The notes beneath the pieces are model-generated. The model was not told the origin of the DNA and made no database searches. It was given only the letters and a program-made list of their open reading frames with translations. A program made the position numbers and the translations under genes. From Flaccisagitta enflata (lineage: Eukaryota), in NCBI GenBank assembly GCA_965153355.1, contig OZ231126.1, positions 48,174,001-48,238,000 of the forward strand: 64,000 bases of DNA, written 5' to 3'. Numbering within the stretch: the stretch's first letter is position 1; every line of letters starts with the position of its first letter. Shown piece after piece: positions 41,533-54,019 of this stretch.

Positions 41533-41818
41533 GTGAGTTTTTTTTTTCATTTTAAGTCACTCTAATCGCCTCGGTCGCCAAACTAGATACTTAGGATCTA
41601 GATCTGGATACTTTTTAGGGGGGCTTAGATACTTGAAAAGGCATTTGGATCCTGGCTACTAATCTAGATACTTTTGGGAGAAAAATTTAGATACTCCAGC
41701 TGAAATCTGGATACTTGAAATAGTGGGTTTAAAATACTTTTTTAAACATGCTCAACTACTTTTTTTAAGTGATGGACTTAAATCTGGGCTAAGAAAATAA
41801 ATTTGTTATCTTGGTTAA

Positions 41819-42588
41819 AGGTGCGTTTGCATTGATTTGCTTATCCGGATACTTTATCTGGATATCAATATCCGGATATTTTACATAGAGAATTTACAAA
41901 ATCTACTACGTAAAATATCCGGATATTAATATCCAAATAAGATATGACGGTAAATTTATGAAGGAAAATGAAGTGTTTCACAATACTTTTTGCATCATTA
42001 TCAGGACAATAATGAAGCTGGAATGCTTTTAGTGGACAAATTGTCTCTAAGGATACTTGGTGCATACATGTTTATCATATTCTGACTTAAATTGCAATTT
42101 GAACCATGCGATTCACATGAAAACAAGCAAGAAAATGATGATTTTTAGTGATTTTCTACTTACACTTTTTATCATTTTCTGCGGTTGAAATTCTAAGAAA
42201 GCCAAATACAGGGAAATTTTGCATTTTGAAAAACATAGTTCTCTCTGTAATCGACTTGGGAAGAGAACTATGTTCTTTGTTTTTTCATTTTTTCATTTCC
42301 TATGCAGATTTAGAATTTCAACCAGCCCCCTGTCAGTGACCAAAAATAAAATAAGTACAAATTTTCAAAGTGATTTTTTTGTAACATTGGCTAAAATTGG
42401 TCCTTTTGCTGAATCAATGCAAATTTTTCTTTTAAATATTATATCTGTGCTATCTCAATCATCTTTATTCACTTATTTTTGCATTTTCATTTAAACATTT
42501 TTTCTATTTTGATCTTCTTTGAAACATAAATGTTGCCTTCGGAGGGAAGCCGTCATATCCAAATAAGCAAATTAATGCAGACGCACCT
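41819..42588. mobile_element. Harbinger-like MITE (AGGTGCGT termini) interrupted by a TGACGG element
   Basis: aggtgcgtttgcatt / aatgcagacgcacct; an uninterrupted relative lies at 58176-58327. Confidence 0.7.
41945..42555. mobile_element. ~610-bp TA-flanked element with short TGACGG/CCGTCA termini
   Basis: Second, highly similar copy at 48819-49427 in a different context. Confidence 0.8.
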
Positions 42589-44293
42589 CAAGGATGTGTA
42601 TATCTGATAAAAATGTTCATGTGTTTGTGAGTCAGTTGCTTGATTTTTTGGATGATGCCAATTTTGCCATAGAATTTTTTAAGGGTCATATTGCCTTTGC
42701 CCCTACTTACCAACCAAGCATCCAATATTGTTTTTGAATCAATTCAAGATGCTGTAACTAAATTATGAATTACATGAAATAACTGTGTCCTAGAAATTAT
42801 TTTGCCTCTATAATTTTCCTTAAGCCTTCATAACCCTCATAGCCTTCATAGTTTTCCTAAAGAGACCCCAGATTTCCCATTGCATCATAAACAATGTTTT
42901 TAGTGTCGGACACACAACTCTAGAATGTGCTATATTGGTCTGTTAGTCTGTTCATCTGTTTATTTGCTGGAAACTATTTTAAAATGTGAGCAGTTTTTTA
43001 GTTGTGTGCTATGCAACTCCACCCTGTATTGTTTGCCCATCCATCGGTTGGTTGGTTAGTTGGTCCCCTTCTTATTTTTTTGGTGTTTTTGAGCTTTTTT
43101 GAGCTAACCCCTCCTGCCTAAATGCTCCGGTGACCTTTCTTTTCACTGCTCTTGCCCACCCACATGCGACTGGGATAGCCGTGTAACCGGCCTTGTTACA
43201 ATACTTCCTTAGCCTACCTGTCCACAACGGAAGGAAGGTATTACGCCTTGTCAATGAAAATAGCCATTACGAAATATCTCTATTCTTTCTAATCTTTCTA
43301 GTTCTATTTTTAGTTCAAATTGTAGCAAATCAAGTGATACCTGTAGGGATTTGCTTTATATATTTTTTTGTTATTTGATTTTTTTGTTATTTGATTAATT
43401 GATTTTTTTGTTATTTGATTAATTGATTTTTTTGTTATTTGATTGATTGATTTTTTTGTTATTTGATTAATTTTACTTATGGGCGCCGCCTACCTTACTT
43501 TTTTTATAAGATAAAGGCAATGCTGAGGCCAAAATACTACCTGTACTTTTTCATTTGGAAATGAAGAGATTAAGGTAGATGAGCAAAATAATCATATGGC
43601 TATAAAAGTATGACGTACAAGATAATCCCTGCTGTTACAAGCCAACTTTATTCCATAAGTTTTCTATAGCAATTTTTTCACAAATCCTCTTTGCATTGTT
43701 GATTTAAAGAGTTATGAGCTCAAGAGTTGCAGCATCCTTTACATTAATCAGTCTATCTAAATCACAAAAATGTTTTTTTTTGACAAATATCATTATTCAT
43801 ATTGATTTCTTTAATAAAACATTATCTAGATACTAATCTAGATACTAGCGAAAAAATCCTAGATACTATCTGGATACTTTTTGGGGTTCATTTAGATACT
43901 TGGCCTCCACTACATTTGGCGACCGAGCTAATCGCATTTAATCACTCTTTAGACCTAGAGGACCCGGACCCGGGATTAGAATGACTTGTAGGTCGGGTCA
44001 AGTTAAACAAAGCCAGATGCAAAGATCAAAATCAGTCGCGTCCTATTGGGCTGGATCAGTATAAGCCAAAAACACATAAGCATTACGGACGGACCCACCA
44101 AGGGACTAATCGAAGTGATCCAATTTACGTTAGAGTTTAGCCAATCGAAAGTTGCTCCCTGAAACAAATGAATGCGTCACGCGTGCAAAACAGCAAATGG
44201 GCACCTGTCTGTGATTCATCGTGACGGAGTCGGAAAATGAAGAAAAATAAGTAAGGAATTCTTCTCTCCTTGCTTCCTCATCCCTTATTTGTC

Positions 44294-44351
<58 letters not shown>

Positions 44352-44707
44352 CACATTACAAAAATTCTTTACTTTCTTGACTTATTTCAAAGACAAACAT
44401 GCCATCTACATATTTTTTCGTACCTCCAAGACGGAGATCCGTAGATAATCCTTCCTGCGCAATACCCCCCCTCCTTTCACCTCCCCTCTCCTCCGCATTA
44501 TATCCCTCAGGTCAATCACCTTTTTAACTTCGATGTAACAACCCTTGCCCCAAAAAATTCATCGTTGCCAAGCCCAAGGCGTCAACGTATCTAGAAATTT
44601 GAAAAAGTATCTATTGGCATTGAAACTTCAAAGCTCTACCACAACCTTGTTCTATTCTAGTCTGTATGATTTTTTTTATTCTCTGAATTCAATGAAACTT
44701 GGGCGCA

Positions 44708-44931
44708 AAACAAGGCCGGATACACGGCTACCCCAGTCGCGTGCGGGTTGGCAGTGGCTGTTTTTGAGGTCACTTGATCATTGGGGCAGGAGCAGTGAGG
44801 CCACAGACCGCAAAAACCAAAAAAAAAGTAAAGTGTGACGTACCGACGGATGGACGGACCGACGGATGGATGGACGACGGACCGACAGACCGACAAAGCG
44901 GGGTGTAGACTCGCGTAGCACGCGACTAAAA
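44708..44931 (+). mobile_element. HINE family A copy
   Basis: Same ends as 4008-4208. Confidence 0.75.
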
Positions 44932-45189
44932 ATGATTCGTCTCATCCCAGCAGAAAGTGGCAACAAATGCTAGGCAGTCCAAACAGCACACCTTTGTTGA
45001 TATCGGATTGGAAGCTTCTCTTTAAACATGGGAGCATCTTGCTAAGAATCAGGATATCATTGATTCCGGAATCACTTTCGTTGAACTGCACCTGAGAAAT
45101 TCACTTCATAACGCCGGGGGTCGCGTTCCTTGCATTCCGGGGGTCAGGTTCCCCAAAAGACGTGAAAATTGCGCACCTGGACAGAGAGG

Positions 45190-45266
<77 letters not shown>

Positions 45267-45454
45267 AGAGAAAGAGAAAGAGAAAGAGAAAGAGAAAGAG
45301 AGAGAAAACATAATTTTGTATTAGCAAAAGGATATCGAGCCACATTTGTGTACACACATTCTTTTTGTCTTTTTGCCTCGTGTAATTAAATTGTTGGAGA
45401 TATTGTCCCTGATCTCTTATTTTGAACCTCTCTCTATTCATCTTTCAATGCCAG

Positions 45455-45560
45455 GATATGACGTTGGCCCCCGGAAGTCAGTAGGAACTCGTTCTGTTGA
45501 CGACTCTCTTGGATGCAAAGATGTCGTCTCCAAGCGTTTTATCAGCGATGGATATTGCCG
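45455..45560 (+). CDS. SOSTDC1: Sclerostin/SOSTDC1-like gene, exon 3 (YDVGPRKSVGTRSVDDSLGCKDVVSKRFISDGYC)
   Basis: Acceptor ccag|, donor CG|GTAAGC. GCKDVVSKRFISDGYC parallels SOSTDC1 GCRELRSTKYISDGQC. Confidence 0.88.
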
Positions 45561-45619
45561 GTAAGCGGGATTCTTTGTCGCGATGACGATATCGAGCAAT
45601 CTATAAAACAATCAATCAC

Positions 45620-45751
<132 letters not shown>

Positions 45752-45760
45752 AAAAAACAC

Positions 45761-45821
<61 letters not shown>

Positions 45822-45872
45822 GACGGCATGACATGTGTTCACAACTAATCTAACAACTCATCCAAACTTCAG

Positions 45873-46206
45873 CGCCAAGAAGCCGTTGGTCGACGTTTTG
45901 TGCGTCGGCCATTGCTTGCCGTTGGATCACGTGCCTTGGTACGCGGAATACGTCAAAACCATCAGCAAACGCAAATTGATGGAATTCCACTGCGTTAACG
46001 ACGTCGTCGTCCGCAGAAGGGTACAACTAGAGTGCCCTAACGGCAAGAAAAGGTACTACAGGATCAAAGTCGTCAAAAGCTGCAAATGCAAAAGATACAG
46101 AAAAAAGGACAACAACCCGCGCTATAACAAGAGGCACGTTCGTCACAATCATCATCATCATGATGGTGGGGAGAATCATGATGATGGACACAATGATGAA
46201 ACCTAG
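45873..46206 (+). CDS. SOSTDC1: Sclerostin/SOSTDC1-like gene, last exon (cystine knot)
   Basis: Branch-like ctaac plus ttcag|, phase 2. LCVGHCLP...FHCVND...RVQLECPNG..YRIKVVKSCKCKRY matches the sclerostin family. Eight Cys in total; spliced CDS 606 nt = 201 aa. Confidence 0.92.
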
Positions 46207-46213
46207 GAAAGGA

Positions 46214-46304
<91 letters not shown>

Positions 46305-46636
46305 CAGAGACAGAAAGAGACAGAGAGAGAGAGAGCACTAACAAGAATCAGGGCATTCTTTTATTTATTCTTGATTTAAAAAAAAAACAATGTATGTAAA
46401 TAACCCCCATCCTTTTCACATATTCTCCCTGTCCTTAGCTTGCGGACAAAATGTGTGCGTGCTTTTGCCACTGTGTTAAAAATTTCTTTAAAAAACTTTT
46501 GTCATTTTTTTTTATTAGCAAATTTAGTTGACTGATCGATGCAACTTTTCGATTTCATAATTTTCATTTTGCTACATAAGATACTTTTTTGTCGGCCCAC
46601 TATCTCCCAAACATTTGCAAAACTGTGCTACGTGTA

Positions 46637-47238
46637 CAGTTGGGTTCGTGGAATAACAGCCTAAACTGGGGGAAGGTATTTAAGTGTCTTAATTTTTTTT
46701 GACAAACTTGATATTTGAAATATAAGTTGTTCACTCGATGCTTTTGTCCCTGAGTTTTTCGGTTGCTATGGAAACCAAAATTATTTTTTCAAACATTTAT
46801 AACCACTAAAATATCAATATTTTGAGAAATATTGTCAGGGAACATTGCTCAAAATTAAATTTGCTACAACTTTCCCACAGTATGTTCTGTAAGAATATTG
46901 CTCGTTTGGCCGTTGCTAGGGGGCATCACACCTAGCAACCGCTAAATGATGCTCCCTAGCAACGGCTAAACGAGCAATATTCTTACAGGACATACTGTGG
47001 GAAAGTTGTAGCAAATTTAATTCTGAGCAATGTTCCCTGATAATATTTGTCAAAATATTGATATTCTAGTTGTTATAAATGTTCAAAAAAATAATTTTGG
47101 TTTCCATAGCAACCGAAAAACTCAGGGACAAAAGCATCAAGTGAACAACTTATATTTCAAATATCAAGTTTGTCAAATGAAATTAAGACACTTAAATACC
47201 TTCCTCCAGTTTAGGCTGTTATTCCACGAACCCCACTG
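46637..47238. mobile_element. Near-perfect foldback MITE (TA-flanked, Tc1/mariner-type)
   Basis: ta-CAGTTGGGTTCGTGGAATAACAG ... CTGTTATTCCACGAACCCCACTG-ta; ~290-bp arms, ~18-bp loop. Confidence 0.92.
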
Positions 47239-48310
47239 TACTTACGCCCGCCAGCCTGGCAAATCATTTGTTGTTTACTATGAATTTCATTTTAGATTTA
47301 AGATTTTATGAAGTCATGCGCGTTTGATATATTTACAATTGACTTTATTGACTCAAATGCCTTCATTGACTCACACGTCAAAATCTTGAATGACCATAAA
47401 AGCAACGAAAAAGAACATAATTCAAAAATGTTGCCGACTGACGGACCGACTGACTGACAGACACACAGGCAAACATGTAGCGACACGTGCATGCGACTAA
47501 AAAGGACTTGAATGTCTTCGTGAATGCTAAAATGACTGAATCGACCTCATTTGCCGAAAAGATTTGACATTTCTGACTCAAATGACCTTAAAATCGACTC
47601 AACAATCAGAAATAACCAATGGACGGATCGACGAAGGGGGGCACAGAATCGCGTAGCACGCGACAAAAAATTGATGAGAGTGATATGTAGAATATCCATC
47701 GCATCGGCGATAAATGGATTCTTCTCTGTTTTATAGTCGCGGACTTTAGAAATGTTAGGATTGTTTTGTTTTTTTTTTTGCCAGTAATTTTTGAAACATA
47801 AAGGCCAGTAAAACGAATTGAAATAACAATGAAGTGGATGATACATTGTTTAACTTATTCATTCTAGAAGTAGCCAGTCATAGGCGAGCCAGGGCAGCTT
47901 TAGTGATCGAAGTTGGTTCAGCTAGGATGGTAACCAAGTATGATCATTGATCGATTGATTTATCCCTGACATAAGTTGCCGCTGTAACCTGTAATACTTT
48001 AAAAGAAAGAAGAAGAAGTATTCATTATGAAGATTCCAAATTACTTTATTGGAATTCATGAAATAGCATTTACCATCTTGCTCAAAGTAAATAATGAATA
48101 GGAAATTCGAATTTTGAAACTAAAGGGAGAAATCAGGTTTTCCAGCATAGTAGATCTTTGAAAGAAAGATGAACGCGTCCCAAAAACGGCGCCACTTTTC
48201 TGCCGCGTGGGAGTCATCTCAGCCTCGCGACTTGGGTCTCTATTCTTGAGTCCCGCTTTGACATTTGCGACTACCGGACGCACGAGGCTTAATTCAAATA
48301 GTCTTAAGAA

Positions 48311-48407
<97 letters not shown>

Positions 48408-48818
48408 CAAAAAGCTCTCTCATTAATGAGGGAATTTGAATAGAAGCCGGCGTAAAATTGCGTGGGGATGTCTTTTTGACTCGTGGCATTTGTAGTCAAG
48501 AAGATCAATCATATAATAGATTGATGAAAAAAAGAAACCAAGACGAAAGTTACCTCTTCTCAAGATACCTACTTACAGGGGGTTAAAAAAGTTTAGACGG
48601 GAAGAATGGGAGGAGGGTGGTAGAGGAAAAAGTAGCACATGTACAACTGTAAAAGAGGTAGCACAACTTATATGAAAGTTGGACAACATTACTACTCAAC
48701 AATGTCAACAATATGTCACTCCCACTGCACTTATAACCTTTTTGTTAGGCGCAAACAGAAAGAAAACAAAAGGTTGAACGAGACTTCCTCTTCATATTAT
48801 AGCCTCATCAACTTCTTA

Positions 48819-49427
48819 TGACGGAAAATTTTTGAACGAAAATGAAGTGTTTCACCATACTTTTTGCATTATTATCCGGACAATAATGAAGCTGGAATGC
48901 CTTAAGTGGACAAATTGTCTTTAAAGACACTTGGTGCATACCCTTTTATCATATTCTGTCTTAAAATGTAATTTGAACTATGCAATTCACATGAAAACAA
49001 GCAAGAAAACGTTGTTTTTAGTGAATTTCTGCTTATACTTTTTTTCATTTTCTAAGGTTGAAATTCTAAGAAAGCCAAACACAGGGAAATTTTGCATTTT
49101 GAAAAACATAGTTCTCTCTGTAATCGATTTGGAAAGAGGACTATGTTCTTTGTTTTTTCTTTTTTTCATTTCCTATGCAAATTTAGAATTTCAACCAGCC
49201 CCCTGTCAGTGACCAAAAATAAATAAGTACATATTTTCAAAACAATTTTTTTGGTAGCATTGGCTAAACTTGGTCCTCTTGCTAAATCAGTGCAAATTTT
49301 GTTTTGAATCTTATGTCTGAGTCATCCCTATCACTTTCATTTACTTATTTTTGCATTTTCATTTATACATTTTTTCTAATTTGACCTTCTTTGAAACACA
49401 AATGATGCCTCCGGAGGGAAGCCGTCG
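48819..49427. mobile_element. Second copy of the TGACGG element
   Basis: ta-TGACGG ... ggagggaagCCGTCG-ta; colinear with 41945-42555. Confidence 0.8.
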
Positions 49428-49761
49428 TATGAAATGTTCGCTTTTCCCCCGTTTTGAGGCATGCTTGTGAATCACGCCTTCGTCTAATTCATCAGATTGA
49501 CATTTTCGTATTGGCACATGATCGCATCTTGTTCAAATTTGCTTTCGGGTTCGTCTTTTTTTTTTTTTTGCTTGACAACGAGTGAGTCAGCATTGGAGCA
49601 ACGCAAAATGAGCAGACATGCCTCTCAACGGCAAAACATTGTTGAATGTCACCTGGAAATTTTTTCTCCATCTGCCTACAACTATGATAAGTGAAACTTT
49701 ATCCTGATCGTGGACGTGGACAAATACTGCGAAACGAAATGTGAAACAATGTCTCGATGAA

Positions 49762-49865
<104 letters not shown>

Positions 49866-50034
49866 ATAGGTAAACACAGATGTCGTTGCCAACGTAGAAC
49901 TTTTTTTTCTCTCTATTGGTTTTTGAATATTGGTTCTAATTTCAAACATACGGCGAAATTATGATTTTTTCACAGCGTGGGGTAATTTTTTACGTTTTTG
50001 TCAATATGACTTTTAAGCTTATGGCGTGATTGTG

Positions 50035-50129
<95 letters not shown>

Positions 50130-50432
50130 AGTCAAAAAAGTTGAACGCAGAAGCAACAATCATGTTCACTGTTAAGCTTTCAGTATGAGACAAGGCCAAG
50201 TAGGTTAATAAGGTGCGACGTGTGGGTCATCGAACGAATGCGTTACCCGACCGACAGACCGACCAACCGACGGACACAGCCAGTAATAGAGGTGCTTTGA
50301 CACACCTAAAAATGAGAGCATAGAACCTACCTTTCTCACAGCACTGCTTACAAAGCCAATAACAAATTATTCTGGATTTCCATGATCATAACTAGGACAA
50401 GGACAAACACTCGTTCATTAAAGAACAAATCA

Positions 50433-50700
50433 GGGCGTGTTTCTAATGAAGATAAAAAACGTGTTTCTTCCAATTGAACGTGTTAACAACGTGAACACTT
50501 AAACTTGAATTTCACTTTCCCACAAAGGAGTGAGCGAAGTGAGTGAGCGACCCCGTAAATGGAGCGAGCAAGCGACGCGAGCTTAGCTAAGCGGATTGCT
50601 GCGGAGCGAGTTAGTGGATCAAGCGGTACGACCGAACGAACGTATCGAGCGACCGAGTGGCCCGTTAAAAACGCGATTGTCTGTGACAAGAAACGCCCCC
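50433..50700. mobile_element. PIF/Harbinger-like MITE
   Basis: GGGCGTGTTTCT / AGAAACGCCCCC; 3-bp TSD TCA; internal gagcga repeats. Confidence 0.7.
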
Positions 50701-51892
50701 TCAGTATGACTGAAATTAGATCAAATGACGCGATGAATGATAATCTTTATTGAAAATATGAATTGGTATAATGAAATTTGACAAATTTGTCCAACGAATC
50801 ACGGGAGGAATTCATTTGAAACAGGAAAATTGCGAATTATTGTTCCGTCGAAAGATGGCATAAGTTTTACCAGGTGCAATTTGAAATTTCCTATTTCGGG
50901 GTTGACTCGCGGCTTAAAAAGTCACTTTTAAGTCGGGCCTCTCGTCAATATGTCGGTCTGTCCGTCTGTCTGTATGTTCTTTTTGGACATTTACTTTCCT
51001 GCCCATCGCACCCAACGGTCGAGTTGACCAAGGTTTTTAGCCCTTGAATTTGCTACCAAGCAGAACGGTATAAACCTATCCTCGTCAACACACTTGGTCA
51101 CTTGTACCACGACGGATATATCTTCAGCACAATGAATGCAGAGATGAAACGAAAGACGGAACGAAAAAAGTGTCAACCATGGTAGTTACTGTTTGAGATA
51201 AACAACTTGACCCATAAGACGACAACAAAATCTACCACGCATTTGCTGAATCTACTGCTAACACTTCAAAACTGCGAAGGGGAGGCTACGTTCTACATTA
51301 CACATTCTACAGCATTTACGGATATTCTATCGTCAAAATTCCACGGCCACGGAACTGGCCTCGGTCAAATTCTTTAAAGGAAGGATGAGAAGTATAAGAA
51401 AACAAACTCGAGAGGAATTAAGAATATGAGTAAGATGGTGGTGGTGGTGGTGGGGAGGGGGGGTATTGGGCGATTAGGGATAAAAGAAAACAACGCGGAA
51501 GGTGCACCTGTCAGTAAAATCCAGTGCATTATTGCGCCGGCGATAACTTTTGAAAATCGAGTCCAATGAGATTGTCTTGTCTGCCAGCCTTAGCGATATG
51601 AATCAAAGTCATCACATTTTACAACCTCATGTCTTTTTGAAATTGTAGACTGTCTGGGACCAGCGTTGCGATTACGTCCTGTTTTCAATTGCACTTACAT
51701 GTACAAACTGACAGACAGAAAGATAGACAGAGAGACAGACTGACGGCTAGTTAGAGACATACATTGACAAGTTGTCAATTGTCAACTGACAACTCTTTAA
51801 AAACACCGATGGATAAATGGTCACACAATGATGACAACATCATAAGGATGGGAGGAACCGGGAACGTAAGTTGGCTGTACACCAAAACAATT

Positions 51893-51898
51893 TTTATT
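51893..51898 (-). promoter_or_regulatory. Candidate polyadenylation signal (AATAAA) of the GNAT gene
   Basis: tttatt on the + strand, ~130 nt downstream of the GNAT stop. Confidence 0.45.
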
Positions 51899-52027
51899 TC
51901 ATTATCACATGTGGAATTATTGTCTCAGCTCAGCACAGTCGATGCAAGGGAATAATGTCGTGGCTGTCATGATTTTTTTTTTTGGCACTGAGTATTTGCA
52001 TTTTTGTGGTGAAATGATTGATGGATT

Positions 52028-52446
52028 TCAATCGTCTTTTGACTTTTTGTCGCTCCCAGAAACTGCTACTTTACTGCCACCTCCTCCACCACCTTCACCA
52101 TTATCCCCATCACCACTACCACCAACTCCTCCACCACCGTCTCCTCTTCCTCCTCCACCACCGCCCCCTCCTCCTCCACCACCACCACCACTTCCATCTC
52201 CGTCGTTGTTGGTGGTGAGTAACACGGAGATTTTGCTTTGCGCTTTGAGTCTGATCATGCCTGTGATGATGACGCCGGCGGAGATTTTGGTTGACAGCGC
52301 CGTGAATCCGTGACGTCCGTAGAAAGGAATATTGCGCGGGTTGGACGAGATCATCGCCACGGAAGCGGATTGATGATCCGCTTCCTCGAGTCCCACGCGC
52401 AGGCAAGAAGAACCGTAACCGCGACCTTGATAAGCGGGATCGGCGC
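52028..52446 (-). CDS. GNAT N-acetyltransferase, last exon (motif A GADPAYQGRGYGS, NPRNIPFYGRHGF, Gly-rich tail)
   Basis: Acceptor (tc)n-cccag|, phase 1. Acetyl-CoA-binding Q/RxxGxG motif and N..FY.R.GF motif present. Confidence 0.9.
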
Positions 52447-52448
52447 CT

Positions 52449-52509
<61 letters not shown>

Positions 52510-52804
52510 GGCCAGAAGGTAAGATAGTTGAGTCTGGAGGGGGTTCAATTGTTATTATGAATTGTCAAGGGACTCCTGCGCAATAAGGACTAAAATGAAT
52601 GCAACGCCTACGCCAGGAAGTGCGCAAGTTCTTGCTTACTGTTTTGACGCCAATGTCGAATAAATAATTGACTGATTAATTAACCTTTTGAGCTTCTAGA
52701 TATATGAACAAGGTTTCATCTTCGTGTCATAAATGCATTGCCAGTGGCATTTAGCCTCAAGATCAACTGGACCGATGGCCCAAGACCCATTACATTAGAG
52801 TACA

Positions 52805-53211
52805 AACAAGGCCGGATACACGGCCATCAGTTGCGGACGGGTGGGCAGGGGCGGAAATACGCGTTTTCCCACTTTTCAACTCGAGCGTGACAGACCAACC
52901 AACCAACCAACCAACCGACCGACCAACCAACGGACGGACGGACAAAGCCTCTTATAGAGTTGCGTGTCCGCGACTAAAAATTCAGATTATTTGACGTTTC
53001 ATACACCTTCATAGAAAAATGATATCTTTTTAGTTATAAGAGGCTTTGCCCGTCCGTTCGTCCGTCCGTCCGTCCGTCCGTCCGTCCGTCCGTCCGTCCG
53101 TCCGTCCGTCCGTCCGTCACGCTAGAGTTGTCACGGTCGAGTTGAAAAGTGAGAAAACGCGCATTTCCGCCCGGGCCCCCCCCCCCCCCGTCCGCAACTG
53201 GTGGCCTTGTT
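52805..53211. mobile_element. Two HINE (AGTTGCGGAC variant) copies in inverted orientation within GNAT intron 3
   Basis: 52805-52980 (+) and ~53027-53211 (-). Confidence 0.75.
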
Positions 53212-53278
53212 CAGTGAATTCATTCATTTACGATAGATTCGGTAAAACAGCATCCTGAAAAGACACTACCCCATTTAC

Positions 53279-53576
53279 CGATAAAATCCAAATGATAGAT
53301 GGGTAACTGCGCCGATCCTTGAAGACGTTTATGCATCGCGTCATACAAATTACTAAAATCGCTGTCCATCGTGAACAAAATAGCGCGGAAATAGTCGATT
53401 GTGCCTCTCAATCCCAGCCACCAGAGGCTTTCGAACAAAAGGTAAACGTAAGTCAGATAAGACGTGGGCAGATTCCACAACGCCGCCGCTTTGATGACGC
53501 CGGCTTCGGCGCCTTCCGTGTCACATGTGACCACGCAAAATGTGGCGCCGCCGCGACGCCATCGTGCCGCTTTCAC
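53279..53576 (-). CDS. GNAT N-acetyltransferase, exon 3 (VKAARW...AAALWNLP...IYHLDFI)
   Basis: Acceptor ttttctcttcccag|, donor ATCG|GTAAAT, phases 0/1. Confidence 0.88.
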
Positions 53577-53686
53577 CTGGGAAGAGAAAATTGGGGTTGT
53601 TAATTGTTATGTGGTCATAAAAATGTCGTGGACATGGATTGAGGCAATAATATTATCAGATACGTTGCATGCCTTTGCACTGAATC

Positions 53687-53790
<104 letters not shown>

Positions 53791-53908
53791 GGTTAAGTCC
53801 AACTGGAACAAATCTTAATTGCATACGGTTCCGTTTCATCCATGTTATAACTCATGTATTTCGTAGATCGATCCTGCTACGGTATGGACATGGTTCTTAA
53901 CTTCTTAC

Positions 53909-54019
53909 CATGGCATCTAACCACATTTTTGTTTTCAATTCCGGGGTGTCGGGCCAAAGTGATTTGGAGTAAGGATCGAAGGCGAAAACACGACCCAAAA
54001 ACCTGCACACTTCAGACAT
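53909..54019 (-). CDS. GNAT N-acetyltransferase, exon 2 (MSEVCRFLGRVFAFDPYSKSLWPDTPELKTKMWLDAM)
   Basis: Acceptor ttcaacag|, donor ATG|GTAAGA, phase 0/0. L.R.F..DP....WP resembles the N-terminal LARAF..DP motif of this GNAT group. Not present in the ORF track. Confidence 0.85.

Larger units (their letters stand above)
41570..43927. mobile_element. Non-autonomous hAT element with nested insertions
   Basis: TIR CTCGGTCGCCAAA / TTTGGCGACCGAG; exact 8-bp TSD CTAATCGC; subterminal tagatac repeats. Confidence 0.92.

Noticed and set aside
41156-41536. 126-aa ORF with apparent transmembrane segment (IIFIILILIILF)
   Set aside because: Alternative frame of the Ser-repeat exon; splice phases support the poly-Ser frame.
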